Source of the DNA: Lama guanicoe
Lineage: Eukaryota
DNA length: 64,000 nucleotides
Direction: 5' to 3'
NCBI GenBank assembly: GCA_013239625.1
Contig: MU053821.1
Location: 1-64,000 of the forward strand
Part shown: piece after piece, positions 26,101-38,900 of the stretch
Numbering within the stretch: the stretch's first letter is position 1
Layout of the letters: every line of letters begins with the position of its first letter
The notes under the pieces: generated by a model
The model's input: the letters and a program-made list of their open reading frames with translations, nothing else
What the model was told of the DNA's origin: nothing
The model's database searches: none
Translations under genes and position numbers: made by a program

Positions 26101-29100
26101 TGTTAATAGGCTGTTTAGTTTGTTGGCAAATAGTTATCCATAATAGCTATGTGTAGCCATTTTATTTATAACTTTAGTACCAGTTGTACTGTCTCCTTTT
26201 GATTTATAATTTTTTAAAAATTGGATCTTCTCTTTTGCTAGGAAAGTCAAAGTCTTGCCAACTTTTTTTCCAGAGGGTTAACTCTTGGTTTTGTTAATCT
26301 TTTCTATTGTTTTTCTGATCTCTATTTAATTTATTTCTTAGCTAATCTATATTATTTTCTTATATTTGCTTACTTTGGACTCAGGTCTTTCTTTTTCTAA
26401 TTTCCTAAGATTTAGAATTTTATTGTTCATTTGAGATCTTTTTTATTTCTGAGTGAAGTTTTGTTTTGTGTTCATTCTGCAAAACACCACTTTTTTATGT
26501 TGTATTTTGTATGTTGTATTTTCATATTCATTTATATCAAGATATTTCTTTCTCTCTAAATTTACTCTTTGATCTATTGTTTGGTGAGGAGAGTACTTTA
26601 AAATTTCCATGTATTAGTATGTTTTCAAGTTTTCCTCCTTTTATTGATTTCTAGTTTTATACCTTTGTGATCAGAACAGATACTTGGTATGATTTCAGTC
26701 TTTTTGACATTGCTAAGCCTTGTTTTGTGTCATATCATATGATCTGTCTTACAAAATGTTTTATGTGCACTTCAAAAGAATGTGTGTTTTGCTGTTATGT
26801 GAGATATTGTGCCTTATATGTCTTTTAGATCCATTTGGTATATAATGTTTAAATCACTGTTTCCTTTGTGATTCTCCATCTGGATATTCTATTCATTTTT
26901 AAAAGTTGTGTTGTAATGCCCCAACTATTATTCTATTCTTGTATTACTGTTTATTTCTCCTTTAGCTTTCTTTGTTATTGTTGTTACCATTTGTTTGAAA
27001 TATATATATATTTCATATATATACTTGTTTCTTCATTCTTAGTCTATGTTTGTCTTTGTGTCTACAATGAATCTATAGTAATGAGTATATTGTTGGATGT
27101 TTAAAAAATTCGCTCAGCCATTATTTCTTTTTTGATTGGATAGTTCATAATTATTAACATATAAGAACTATTGCCTTATTTAAATTGTTTTCTAGCTCCT
27201 TTGTAGATTCACATTTTCTGGCTTCTCATCCTTTCTTTTTTGTGTGTTTTAACACATTCGCCATCATTATGCTCATTATGCTCTAATTTATTTATTATAT
27301 TTTTTGTGCAATTGCTACTTTTCTCTTAGGTTTACCAGGAGACATACATAAAATAACTTAAAGTTATAATAACATCATACTTTAAACTGGTAGCAACAGA
27401 ACTGTGACAGTATTTTTAAATATTACAGTTTTATTTCTCTCCTATTTTACATTTTAAGTTATTGACTCTAGCAGTTAACATTTTTTATGTTGTGTATCCA
27501 ATAACAAATTAGTGTCATTGTGGTTGCTCTGTTTTTTTTTTTTTAACTTTTAAACAAAAGTTCTAACTGAATTATGCAACATATTTATTAGGCTATACAA
27601 TCTAACTTTGACTATATATTTACTGTTGCCACCAAGTTTTATGCTACCTTGTTTTGTTTTTGTATTATTAAGTGTTCTTTTACTTCCATTCAAAGAACTC
27701 CATTAGAATTTTTTAGAACCCAGATCTAGATTATGAGCTCCCTCAGCTTTTGTTTTCTCAGGAAAATATTTTTCATTCTGAAGGACAATTTTGCTGGGTA
27801 TAGAATTCTTAGTTGATAGTTTTTTTCATTCAATATTTTAAATATATAATCCCATTCTGTCCTGGCTGAAAAGTGACCATTGGTAAATCTGCCTATAGTT
27901 TTAGATGGCTTCTTTCATATGTAACATTTTTTTCTTGCTGGTTTCAAAATTCATTAATATGAATTTTGTAACAATTTAACTATATGTAACAATTTAACTA
28001 TAATGCGTTTTCTGTATTTCTATATATGTAAATCTGGTCTTCTTGATCTAGATGTCCATTTCTCTCTGGATGCTGGGGACATTTTCAGTTATTATTGATT
28101 TAATTATATGTTATGTCTCTTTCTGTTTTTCTCTCCTTCTGAAATTCTTACAATGTATATGTACATAACTATGTTTTCCTGGTGGTGTCCCATTAACCCC
28201 CTATGGTCTATTGACATCTTTTTCATTTCTTTTTCCTTTTTGCTCCTCTTCATAATTGTAAATGTTCTGTCTTCAAAATCAGTGATTCTTCTGCATTTCT
28301 GGATCTGCTTCTGAATCTCTCTAGAATTTCTTAGTTCAGTTCTAATATTTTTGCTTTAAAAAATAGGTTCTATTTTTATTGAAATTTTTGGTTTTTCATG
28401 TATTGTTTTTAAAATTTAATTTAGTTATATGTGTGTTCTTGTAGCTAATTAAACTTCTTAGAGGGTTATTATTCATCCATCAATTCATAGATCTCCATTT
28501 GCTTAGAGAAATTTATGGAACTTTATTGGACTCTTTAAGTGGTGTAATATTTACCTGATGAGTTGTGATCCTTGATCCTTATATTGGTGTCTGCTCATCT
28601 AAATAAGTGATCTCCACTTCCAGACTTTATAGGTTTGCATGGTAGAGACCATTCTTCACCAGTCAGCTCAGTTTGAATTTCTGGAAGTGTCTGGTAAGAA
28701 TCTTTGGCAAGTGGGGCTTTCTTTCAGGTTATGTTTTGGCCAGGCCAATGTCCATGCTCTGAGGTGGGGGTGAGTGGTTGTCACTAGCTGAAAACAATTA
28801 GATAGGACTGTAAGCTTGGTACATCCTGTAGAATGAACTCCAAGGGTTGCCTAATTTCTCTGGTCATGTCCCCTGGATAGTTGGGACTGGATACTCCTCT
28901 GAGCAATAAAAAGGGCTATGAATTAGCTTCTTTGCTTATCAAAACTGTAAAATGTGCCCCATAACTTGCATGACTTATTGTTTGGAGACTCAAATTGGCA
29001 ATACTATGCACTAAATTCTATTACTTGGTGGGACATTCTGGTTTTGCTTTGAAGGCAGAGAAAGCTAAAGACTGTGCTCTCTGTTCAAGGGTCATGGTAA

Positions 29101-29118
29101 GTTTGGTTGTTATATGAG
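23180..29118 (-). mobile_element. Old LINE-1 (L1MA-like), 3'UTR through ORF2/ORF1 to 5'UTR; left part, interrupted by the ERV
   Basis: Degraded antisense ORF2 throughout (e.g. gagaatgggtgtccttgtcttgttc at ~25415 is the GTRQGCP-region antisense); its agggctatgaattag motif (~28912) recurs right after the 3' LTR. Confidence 0.85.
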
Positions 29119-29494
29119 TGTAGACCCCTGTCTGAAGGCTCTAGAGAATAAGCCATGGGCTGAACTGATAAACAAGCTGTGAGGAATGTCACATATCCAG
29201 GCTGGATAAGAAATGGCCTACTTAATGTATCCATTGTGAATGGCTGGATAGCCAGTGATGGGTAACATCCTCAGAGGAGGAAAACTAAGACAGGCACAGC
29301 TGGCTGGATAAGAGAAGGCCTACTTAATGAAGTTTCATGATGAGCCTTCAAACAATCTGTCCGTGATCATGTGCTGGGCTTACTGCAGGAGCTAGGGACC
29401 TAAATAGTTTAAGATTATTAATATTGTTATCACTTAGATGATATGTGAGGCATCGTGCATGTCCTATATAAACCCTTTTCTAAGAATCAATAAA
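29119..29494 (+). mobile_element. 5' LTR, truncated just after AATAAA
   Basis: Colinear with 42118-42499 (about 9% mismatch over the first ~250 nt by eye); TATATAA at ~29465 and AATAAA at 29489-29494; homology stops there. Confidence 0.92.
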
Positions 29495-29644
29495 TATCAG
29501 TGCAGCGACTACATCTAAGAAAGGGAAAAATTTATATTGGGGATTTTCAGCCTGTCAAGCATGCTGCAATGTAACCATGGGGAAGCAGCTCATAGTACAG
29601 CAGAGAATTTATTTCTGTATTCTGCAGCAATTGTTAAAGGCTAT

Positions 29645-30430
29645 TTCAAAGTAGGGCACCCTCCCAGGTGCCCCTCAAAAACAAATATAGAAAATCAATG
29701 TCAGCCAAAGTCCCATCTCACCATTTCTGATCTCATCACAGCTCCCCCCAGGAATGCAAGTTTAGATCTAATAACTATTGATAATGAGTTGATAAATGAC
29801 AGTAATAAAACCTACTTAATCTCTACTGGAGTTTGGGGACCTTTACCTTCTGGGTATTTTGGATTGCTAATAGGGAGATCATCTGTGTGCTTAAAAGGGT
29901 TAACAGATTTACTTAGTGTTATTGATAATGATTATACTTGAGAAATTAAAATTATGGCTCATGACTTTTCTTATTACATTATTCCTAAGCAATCTCAAAT
30001 TTCTCAAATTATTTTGATACTTTATTTACCTACTCAAAAATTTGCTGAAAATAATAGAGGAGATAAGGGCTTCAGACATAAGGACAGCAAGGTTTTTGGA
30101 CACATTCATTAACTAATAACAGACCTGTTATAACAGTTTGAATACAAGGAAAGCAGTTTACAGGATTATTAGACACAGGAGTGGACAAAATTATTATTTC
30201 TAGTTTTCATTGGCCTTTTGATTGGCAAAAACACAAATTTGATGTTACTATCAAGGAGTTGATGGGCTGATGGCACCTAAAATAAGTTCTCATCCACTAA
30301 AGGTCCAAGGGCCTAAAAATAAAATGGCCTTTGTAACTCCTTTCACATTACCAATACCCTGCAATTTTGGGGGCAGGAGCCTTTTTACTTAGTGAAACCT
30401 GATCTTAAAAACTGATCCTTTTTAATAGGG
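29645..30430 (+). pseudogene. pro: ERV pro: dUTPase plus aspartic protease, disrupted
   Basis: dUTPase motifs ASLDL, TGVWGPLP, GLLIGRSS, VIDNDYT*EIKI (track ORF 29537-29941); protease active site GLLDTGVD at ~30163-30186. Confidence 0.92.
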
Positions 30431-33006
30431 GCTGCTGCTACTATCCCAAATATTATTCCCATTGCTGTAACATGAACCAAACAGCAACCTGTTTGGGTGG
30501 AGCAATGGCCCCTTCCTAAAGAAAAACTAGAAGCATTACAAAAATTGGTTTCAAAACAACAAAATTTGGGTCATTTAAAACATTCTACTAGTCTTTGAAA
30601 CACACTTATTTTTGTGATAAAATATAAAATAAAATAAAATAAAATAAAATGATATTATTATAAGATTTGCATGTTATAAATGCTGTAATGCAACCTATGG
30701 GACCCTTGCAGAAGGATCCAATCCCTCACTTATTCCTGACTCTTGGCCCTTATTTGTTATTAACATAAAGGATTGTTTTTTCTCATTACCTTTGCACAAA
30801 GCTAATAAAAAAAGTTTGCCTTTACTGTTCCTACCTATAACAATCAGGAGATTCCTGAATGTTTTCAATGGAAATTCTTTCCTCAGGGTATTAAAAATAG
30901 TTCTACTATATGTCAGCAATTACTAAGAAAAATTTTAGAAACTGTATATCAACAATTTCCTCAGGCATATATTTTTCATTATATGGATGACATTTTACTA
31001 GTTATAAAAAACAAACCTAGTCTCCTTCTGTTTCAAAAAACTGTTACAATTTTACAAACTAAGGACCTTTTTGTTGCTCAAGATAAAGTACAAAAACTGA
31101 AACCTTGGGAATTTCTTGGGATAACTATTAACACACAAACTATTAGGCCACACGATATGGAATTAGTTATCAAGACTTTTATGACATTAGTTCAATTACA
31201 ACAATTGCTAGAGCATATTAATTGAATCAGACCTTTTAAAAAATATCTACAATCCAATTACATCATTTATTTCAATTGGTAGAAGATTAAAAACCTGCCT
31301 CATTATGTATATTAACCCCTAAAGCTATCAAAAAATTTAAAAATGTTAATGAAATTTTAAATTTTCAGTTTTTACACTGGTTGCCACCTAAATTACCTAT
31401 TATTCTTATTGTTTTAAATACACCTCAAACACCTATGGGGCACTTACGTATGAAATGGACACTTTACTCTTATTAGAGTGAGTTTGTCTCACTCATTAAC
31501 TCAGGCCTTAACCACTACTTATGTTTTCAATGCTGATATCATAAACAAAGCTCGACAACACTGTTTATAATTAATGGGACAAAATCCTCAAAATATAAAT
31601 TTACCATATACTGTCAGCCAATTCCAAGAATATTTTATGAGGAATAAAGATATCCTGACCTCTTTAAAAAATTATCAAAAAATTACATTTAAAAAATATT
31701 CACATCCCCTGTTACAATTTTATACACAAGTGCCTCTAAAATTAATGAATATTATTTCCAAAAGACTCTTATTATAGGCAGTTACAGTTTAATAATGGTT
31801 CTGAAAAAACATCCAAGGCTGCCATTGCATGCTTTAATGAAAAACAATGATGTTCAAAATTTGCTACAGGACATAAAAGTACTCAGATAGCTGAGATTGC
31901 TACAATAAAGCTAGCCCTATTAGAAAAACCTCATACAACTTTAAACATAATTACTGATTCTCAATATAGGGCAAATGAATTGCCATTATTAAACACTGCT
32001 ATATTGCCTCAAACATCCTCAAAAATACATTTGCAGCATTTGTTAAAAATATTAAAAATTTGCTACACAATAGACAATATCCTTGTTTTATTGCTCATAT
32101 GAGATTTCATAAAAATTTACCAGGGCCATTGTCAAAAAGCAACAATTATATTGATAAAATAGTATCTAATTACATTCAAACTGAACCTGCTATTAGTAAA
32201 TTTATAAAGGCTAAACAATTTCATGCTTTACACCACTACAATATCCAGGCCTTAAAAGCTATTTATGATATAACTAAAAGACAAGCAAAACAAATCATAC
32301 AGACAACTTCACAATGTAATCAATTTACAATTGCTAAACTAAATTATAATTTAGAGGACATTAATCCAAGAGGTTTTCAGAGTAATCAAATTTGGCAAAC
32401 AGACACCAACTTGTTTACTTCCTTCAGGCATTTAATATATATCGTAGTTTCTGTGGACACTTTTTCTAATTTTATATATGCCCCATTACATACTAAATGT
32501 AACGCTCACAATGTCATTCAACATTGGTTATCTGTTTTTAATGTTTTAAGTAAACCCCACAAAATAAAAACTGACAATTGTCCTGAGTTTTCTACAAAAA
32601 TTATTTCACAATTTTGTCAAGATTGAAAAATTAACCATACAACTGGTATTCCTTATAATTTCACCGGTCAAGCTATTGTTAAATGATGTCATCAAACACT
32701 AAAATCTCATTTGCATAAATTAAAAGGGGGGAATAAATATAGAATACAAGAAAGCCATAATATATTACATCATGCACTTTTTACACTTAATTTTTTAAAT
32801 CGAGAACAAAATAGATATACACCAGCTAAAAAGTTTATAAACCCACCTTGAGATGTAAAAGGAATTAAAGTGTAAGAAAGAAAACCATTTACTGATATTT
32901 GGGAAAGGCCTTTTGATGTAAAATGTTGGTAGAGGGGGTCTTTATGTATTGATACAGGTGCTAGATTAAAGTGGGTGCCCCAGAAGAGTGTTAAGAAGTT
33001 CATTGA
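30425..33006 (+). pseudogene. pol: ERV pol (RT, RNase H, integrase), disrupted
   Basis: [30 protein letters not shown] (~30980); integrase NPRG..NQIWQTD, VSVDTFS, IKTDN, TGIPYN (32060-32700). Confidence 0.95.
30619..30650 (+). repeat. (AAAAT)n microsatellite inside RT
   Basis: Directly visible; it replaces the usual KKKSGKWR segment after FVIK. Confidence 0.9.
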
Positions 33007-33099
33007 GGGAGACAGAAAAGATGGCAGAGTAGAAGGATGCTTGTAAGACACCCTCTCCCACAAATACACCAGACCCACATCTACAGACCCACTCAGCCA

Positions 33100-34200
33100 A
33101 CCAGAGCACCTGCGGAACTCTGACAGATCATCGCCCTCTTCAAAAGATAAAGACGCCAAAAATCTGGTAGGAGAAAAGGAAAAAAGAAAGAACAAAAGGC
33201 AAAGCAGCGCGGGACGGGTCCCGCGGGGAGGGAGCGGCAAAGGAGGACTGGCGCTCGCTCTCTGGGTCTCCCCTCTCCAACTGAGAGGCCAGCGGGACGG
33301 AGAGGGAGCCTCCGAGGCTCGGATCTGTACAGAGCAGCCCTTGTCTGACAGAACTAAGTTAAACGGGCACAGAGCGTCCCCCCGACACCCAGCCTGAGAC
33401 GCGGGCCGGCAGCGGCGGGCAAGGCCAGGCTGCACAAGCCGGGTGGAGGACAGGGGCGGCTGCACGGAGGCAGCTCTGGGGGACTGCAAGGGGCTGGGCG
33501 CCGTGGCTGTGAGTGTACAGGACAGAACAACCTGGGCCCTCCTAAAACAGCAAGGTTGATGTGCTCTCGGGGGAAGGGTGCATACCCCCATCTCTGAAAA
33601 CCCGCGGAAACTTTTCAGGGGAAGAGGGGAGGGGCCCAGGCAGAGCCGCCATATTCTCCGGCGCTGAGCACCCAGGCGGGGGCAGAGGCGAAACCTGCGT
33701 CCGCACAGAAGGGCTTAGCAGCCTCAAGGGCCAGACTGAGACAGGCCTACAGCCCGGGGCAGATAGGATCCTTCCATTCTGGTCCCCCTGAGAACTTGCT
33801 CCACAAAGACAAACAAGCAGCTGGGTCTTGGCTTGGAGCAGGGACGAGGCTACCCCTCGGTCTTCCCCGAGCCCACCCGCGGAGCGCAACGAGGGCGAAG
33901 CGCAGACCAGGGCGGAGCGCGCAGCCGCACAGAACAGCAGAGCAAGGAGCGGTGCAGAGGGAGAGCGGCCCCCTCACGTGTCGGGCAGGAACACAGCCCC
34001 TGACCGAGGTGCTGGGAGGGGGCACGACCCACCTTCCTGCCTGGCCAGTCTGCAATATCTGACTGCAGCATCCGGAGGGGCAGTGACCCGCCCGCCCACA
34101 GCAAAGGAGAGCTGCACCTGACCCCGTGTTAGGAGGAGGTGCGATCTGCTTGCCGACAGGTGCTGGGAGCAGCACAGAAGTGGGCGCCAATGGAAGGCCT
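33100..34200 (+). promoter_or_regulatory. CpG-rich L1 5'UTR (internal promoter) with a YY1-like AAGATGGC upstream at ~33018
   Basis: High GC and CpG density against an AT-rich background; promoter function is inferred from general L1 biology. Confidence 0.75.
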
Positions 34201-34677
34201 CTGAAAACAAGCTGAGCTTCCAAAACAGGATGAAGACAGAAAGACTTCACATTAAAAGCACACAGACTCCAGGAGAACACCGACAACACCCCCATTTTAT
34301 TTTTTAAATCTGTTTTTACCTGTTCTATTTTCTATTTCTCTCTTAATTTATCATTTCTATTTCTCTTCACTTTTGATGTCCTTTTATTGATTAGACACAG
34401 GTTTCAAATACATCTATTCATCTCCCCCCCCCGTTTTTAAAAGGTTTTAAAAGGATGTCTCAACCCGATTAATACTCAGCTTCAACTCGCTCTTCTGTTA
34501 TTCATTATGCATTGTTTTCAAACCCTCTTTCTCCCTTCTTTTAAAATTCTCTCTCTCTCTTTCTTATTTTTTTCTTTTTTCCCCTAAGTTCTATTCCTAG
34601 GTAGGCATTAGATAGATAAAATCCTTAAGATCCAAAATAGACAACTGATACTCCATAAACCACAGTGCCAGAGAGGT

Positions 34678-35587
34678 ATGAGCAAGGTGAAGAAGCAGAG
34701 AAACCTTTCCCAATTAAAAGAACAAGAGAAATCCCCTGAAAGAAAGATCAATGAAATAGACATCGATAGCTTACTAGATCAAGATTTCAAAAAAGGAGTG
34801 ATCAAATTGCTGAAGATATTAAAAGAGATAGTGTTTAAAGATATAAAATATGTCAAAAATGATATTGAAGCTATAAAGAAGAGCCAAGTAGAATGGTGAA
34901 ATTCATTGACAGAGATGAGGAATGATCTAATAGCTGTGCAAAGCTGACTAGATAATGCAGAGGAACAAATTAGTGATCTAGAAGACAGGGCAATAGAAAG
35001 CACCCATTCAGAAGAACTACAAGATAATCATATAAAAAATAATGAAAATAGCATAAGGGACCTATGGGATAATATAAAGTGTCCCAATCTTCGCATAATA
35101 GGGGTCCCAGAAGGGGAAGAAGGATCAAAGGGGATTGAAAAGGTTTTTGAAGAAATCATGACTGAAAACTTCCCAAACTTAAAGAAGGAATCAGATATCC
35201 AAGTACAGGAAGCTCAGAGGGTCCCAAACAGGAAGAATCCAAATAGACCCACACCAAGACATATCATAATCAAGATGGCCAGAGTCAAGGATAAAGAAAT
35301 GATTCTAAAGGCAGCAAGAGAAAAGCAAAGAGTGAATTACAAGGGAACCCCCATAAGGCTCTCAGCTGATTTCTCTACACAAACACTACAGGCCAGAAGG
35401 GGGTGGCAAGATATATTCAAAGCCCTGAAAGATAAAAAGATGCAGCCAAGGATACTTTATCCAGCAAGGCTATTCTTTAGGACAGAAGGAGAAATAAAGA
35501 GTTTCACAGACAAAAAAGAAAAAAAGCTGCAGGAGTTTAGCAACACTAAACCCACGCTAAAATAAATATTGAAAGGGCTATTCTAAA
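34678..35587 (+). pseudogene. L1 ORF1p, with premature stops
   Basis: MSKVKKQRN..., ENFPNL...QEAQRVP...PRHIIIK...AREK...PIRLSADFS...YPARL; stops at 34897-34899 and 35563-35565. Confidence 0.95.
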
Positions 35588-35989
35588 TAGAAAAGCAGCA
35601 GGATGCTACAGAAATGAGAAACTCACAACTGGAAAGGTGATAACTCATGAATTACAAATAACGAAAAGATGAAATTATAAAAGAGGACATACAAATCACT
35701 GAGAGTGGGAGAGGGAGGCAGGGAATTACAGAATATTTTTTTCTTTCTTTTTAAATTTTTTTTAACAGTACGATGAGTTTGAGATCATGTTACTATAAGC
35801 TTAATAAAAACAGTTATAGTAATGGGCTAATAAATTTACAAAAAAGGGTAACCACAAGCCAAAAATTTACAAGGGAGACACAAAAATTAAATAAAATCCA
35901 TGATAATACAAAGGAAAATTACCAAACCACAAAAGGAACAAGAAAGAACAAAGAAGATATACCAATTCAACTGCAAAGATAAGTTCAAA

Positions 35990-38900
35990 ATGGCAATAAA
36001 CACACATCTATCATTATTACTATAAGTGTTATTGGATTAAATGCTCCAGTCAAAAGACATACAGTGTCAGACTGGATAATAAAGCAAGAACCTTCAATAT
36101 GCTGCATACAGGAGACCCACTTTAGGGAGAAGAACACATATAGATTGAGAGTGAAAGGATGGAAAAGGATATTACATGCAAATGGAAAAGACAAAAAAGC
36201 AGGTGTTGCAAAACTGATTTTAGACAAAATAGACTTTAAAACAAAGGCCATAAAGAAAGATAAAGAAGGACATTTTATAATGAATATAGGAGTGATACAA
36301 GATGAAGATATTACACTCGTTAATATATATGCACCCAATATAGGAACACCTAAGTACATACAAGAATTACTAACAGAGATAAAGGGGGATGTTGATGGGA
36401 ATACAATCATAGTTGGAGACATTAACACTGCAATAACATCACTAGACAGATATTCCAGACAGAAAATAAAAAAGGCAACAGGGTAATTAAATACTAAAAT
36501 AGAAAAACTAGATTTGGTGGATATTTTCAGAACACTACATCCCCCCAAAATAGGATATACATTCTTTTCAAGTGCACATGGAATATTTTCCAGGATCGAT
36601 CATGTACTTGGGCACAAAAGAAACCTCAACAATTTTAAGAAGATAGAAATTATCTCAAGCATCTTCACTGACCACAATGCCATGAAACTGGAAATCAGCA
36701 ACAGAGAAACAAAGGAGAAAAAAAGGAAAGCATGGAGATTAAACAATATGTTATTGAAAAAACAATGGATCAATGAGGAAATCAAATCTGAAATTAAAAA
36801 ATACCTTGAGACAAATGGTAATGAAAGCACAACCACTCAATACCTACGGGACACAGTAAACGCAGTGCTAGGAGGGAAGTTTATAGTGATACAGGCCTTC
36901 CTTAAAAAAAAGAACAATCTCAAATAAACAATTTATCCCACCACCTGAATGAATTAGAAAAAGAAGAACAAAAATCCCTAAAAAGCAGCAGAAGGAAGTA
37001 AATAATAAAGATCAGAGAGGAATTAAATACAATAGAGATTAACAAGACCATAGAAAAAATCAACCGAACCAAAAGCTGGTTTTTTGAAAAAGTAAATAAA
37101 ATCGACAAACCTCTGGCCAAACTCACAAAGAAGAAAAAAGAGAGAGCACAAATTAGCAAAATAAGAGAGGAAAATGGAGAAATTACAACAAACAAAATAG
37201 AAATACAGAATATCATACGAGAATATTATGAAAAACTATATGGAACCAAACTGGATAACCTAGAGCAGATGGACAAGTTTCTGGAAACATACTGTCCACC
37301 AAAACTGAATCAAGAAGAAACGGAACACTTGAACAATGCGATCACTATAAAGGAAACAGAAATAGTAATTAAAAACGGCCCTACAAGTAAAAGTCCAGGA
37401 CCGGATGGCTTCACCGGGGAATTCTACCAAACATACAAAGAAGAACTCATACCAGTCCTTCTCAAACTCTTCCAGACGATTGAAAAGGAGGGAATACTCC
37501 CAAACTCATTCTATGAAGCCACCATCACCCTGATATCAAAACCAGGCAAAGACACTACCAAAAAAACCAGAAAATTATAGGCCAATATCACTGATGAACA
37601 TAGATGCCAAAATCCTCACCAGAATTTTAGAAAATAGAATCCAACAGCACATAAAAAAGATTATACATCATGACCAAGTGGGGTTCATCCCAGGGACACA
37701 AGGCTGGTTCAACATATGCAAATCAATCAATGTAATACATCACATCAACAAGAGAAAGGACAAAAACCACATGATCATCTCAATGGATGCAGAAAAAAAC
37801 ATTTGCTAAAATTCAACATCCATTTATGATAAAAACTCTCGCCACAGTGGGTATAGAGGGAACATATCTCAACATAATAAAAGCTATATATAACAAACCT
37901 ACAGCCAGCATAGTACTCAACGGTGAAAAAGTCAAAAGCTTCCCACTAAGATCTGGGACAGAACAAGGATGTCCACTATCACCACTCCTATTCAACATAG
38001 TCCTGGAAGTCCTAGCCACAGCAATCAGGCAAGAGAAAGAAATAAAAGAGATCCAAATAGGAAAAGAAGTGGTAAAAGTGTCAATATATGCTGATGACAT
38101 GTTACTATATATAGAAAGCCCTAAAAGGTCCACACAAAAGCTACTAGAGCTGATTGAAGGATTCAGCAAGGTAGCAGGTTACAAAATCAACGTTCAAAAA
38201 TCAGTTGAATTTCTTTACGCTAACAATAAATCAACAGAAAAAAAAAGTAAAGAAACAATCCCCTTTAAAATAGCACCCAAAATAATAAAATATCTGGGAA
38301 TAAATCTAACCAAGGAGGTGAAAGAATTATACACAGAAAAGTATGAACCATTGATGAAGGAAATTAAAGAAGACTTTAAAAAATGGAAAGATATTCCATG
38401 CTCTTGGATTGGAAGAATCAATATTGTTAAAATGGTCACACTGCCCAAGGCAATCTACAGATTTAATGCAATCCCTATCCAATTACCCAGGACATATTTC
38501 ACAGAACTAGAACAAATCATAATAAAATTTATATGGAACCATCAAAGACCTAGAATTGCCAAAACATTACTGAAGAGAAAGAAAGAGGCTGGAGGAATAA
38601 CTCTCCCAGACTTCAGACAATACTATAGAGCTACAGTCATCAAGACAGCATGGTATTGGTACCAAAACAGACATATAGACCAATGGAACAGAATAGAGAG
38701 CCCAGAAATGAACCCACAAACTTTTGGTCAACTCATCTTCGACAAAGGAGGCAAGAATATACAATGGAATAAAGACAGTCTCTTCAGCAAATGGTGTTGG
38801 GAAAACTGGACAGCAGCATGTAAAACAATGAAGCTAGAACACTCCCTTACACCATATACAAAAATCAACTCAAAATGGATTAAAGACTTAAACATAAGAC

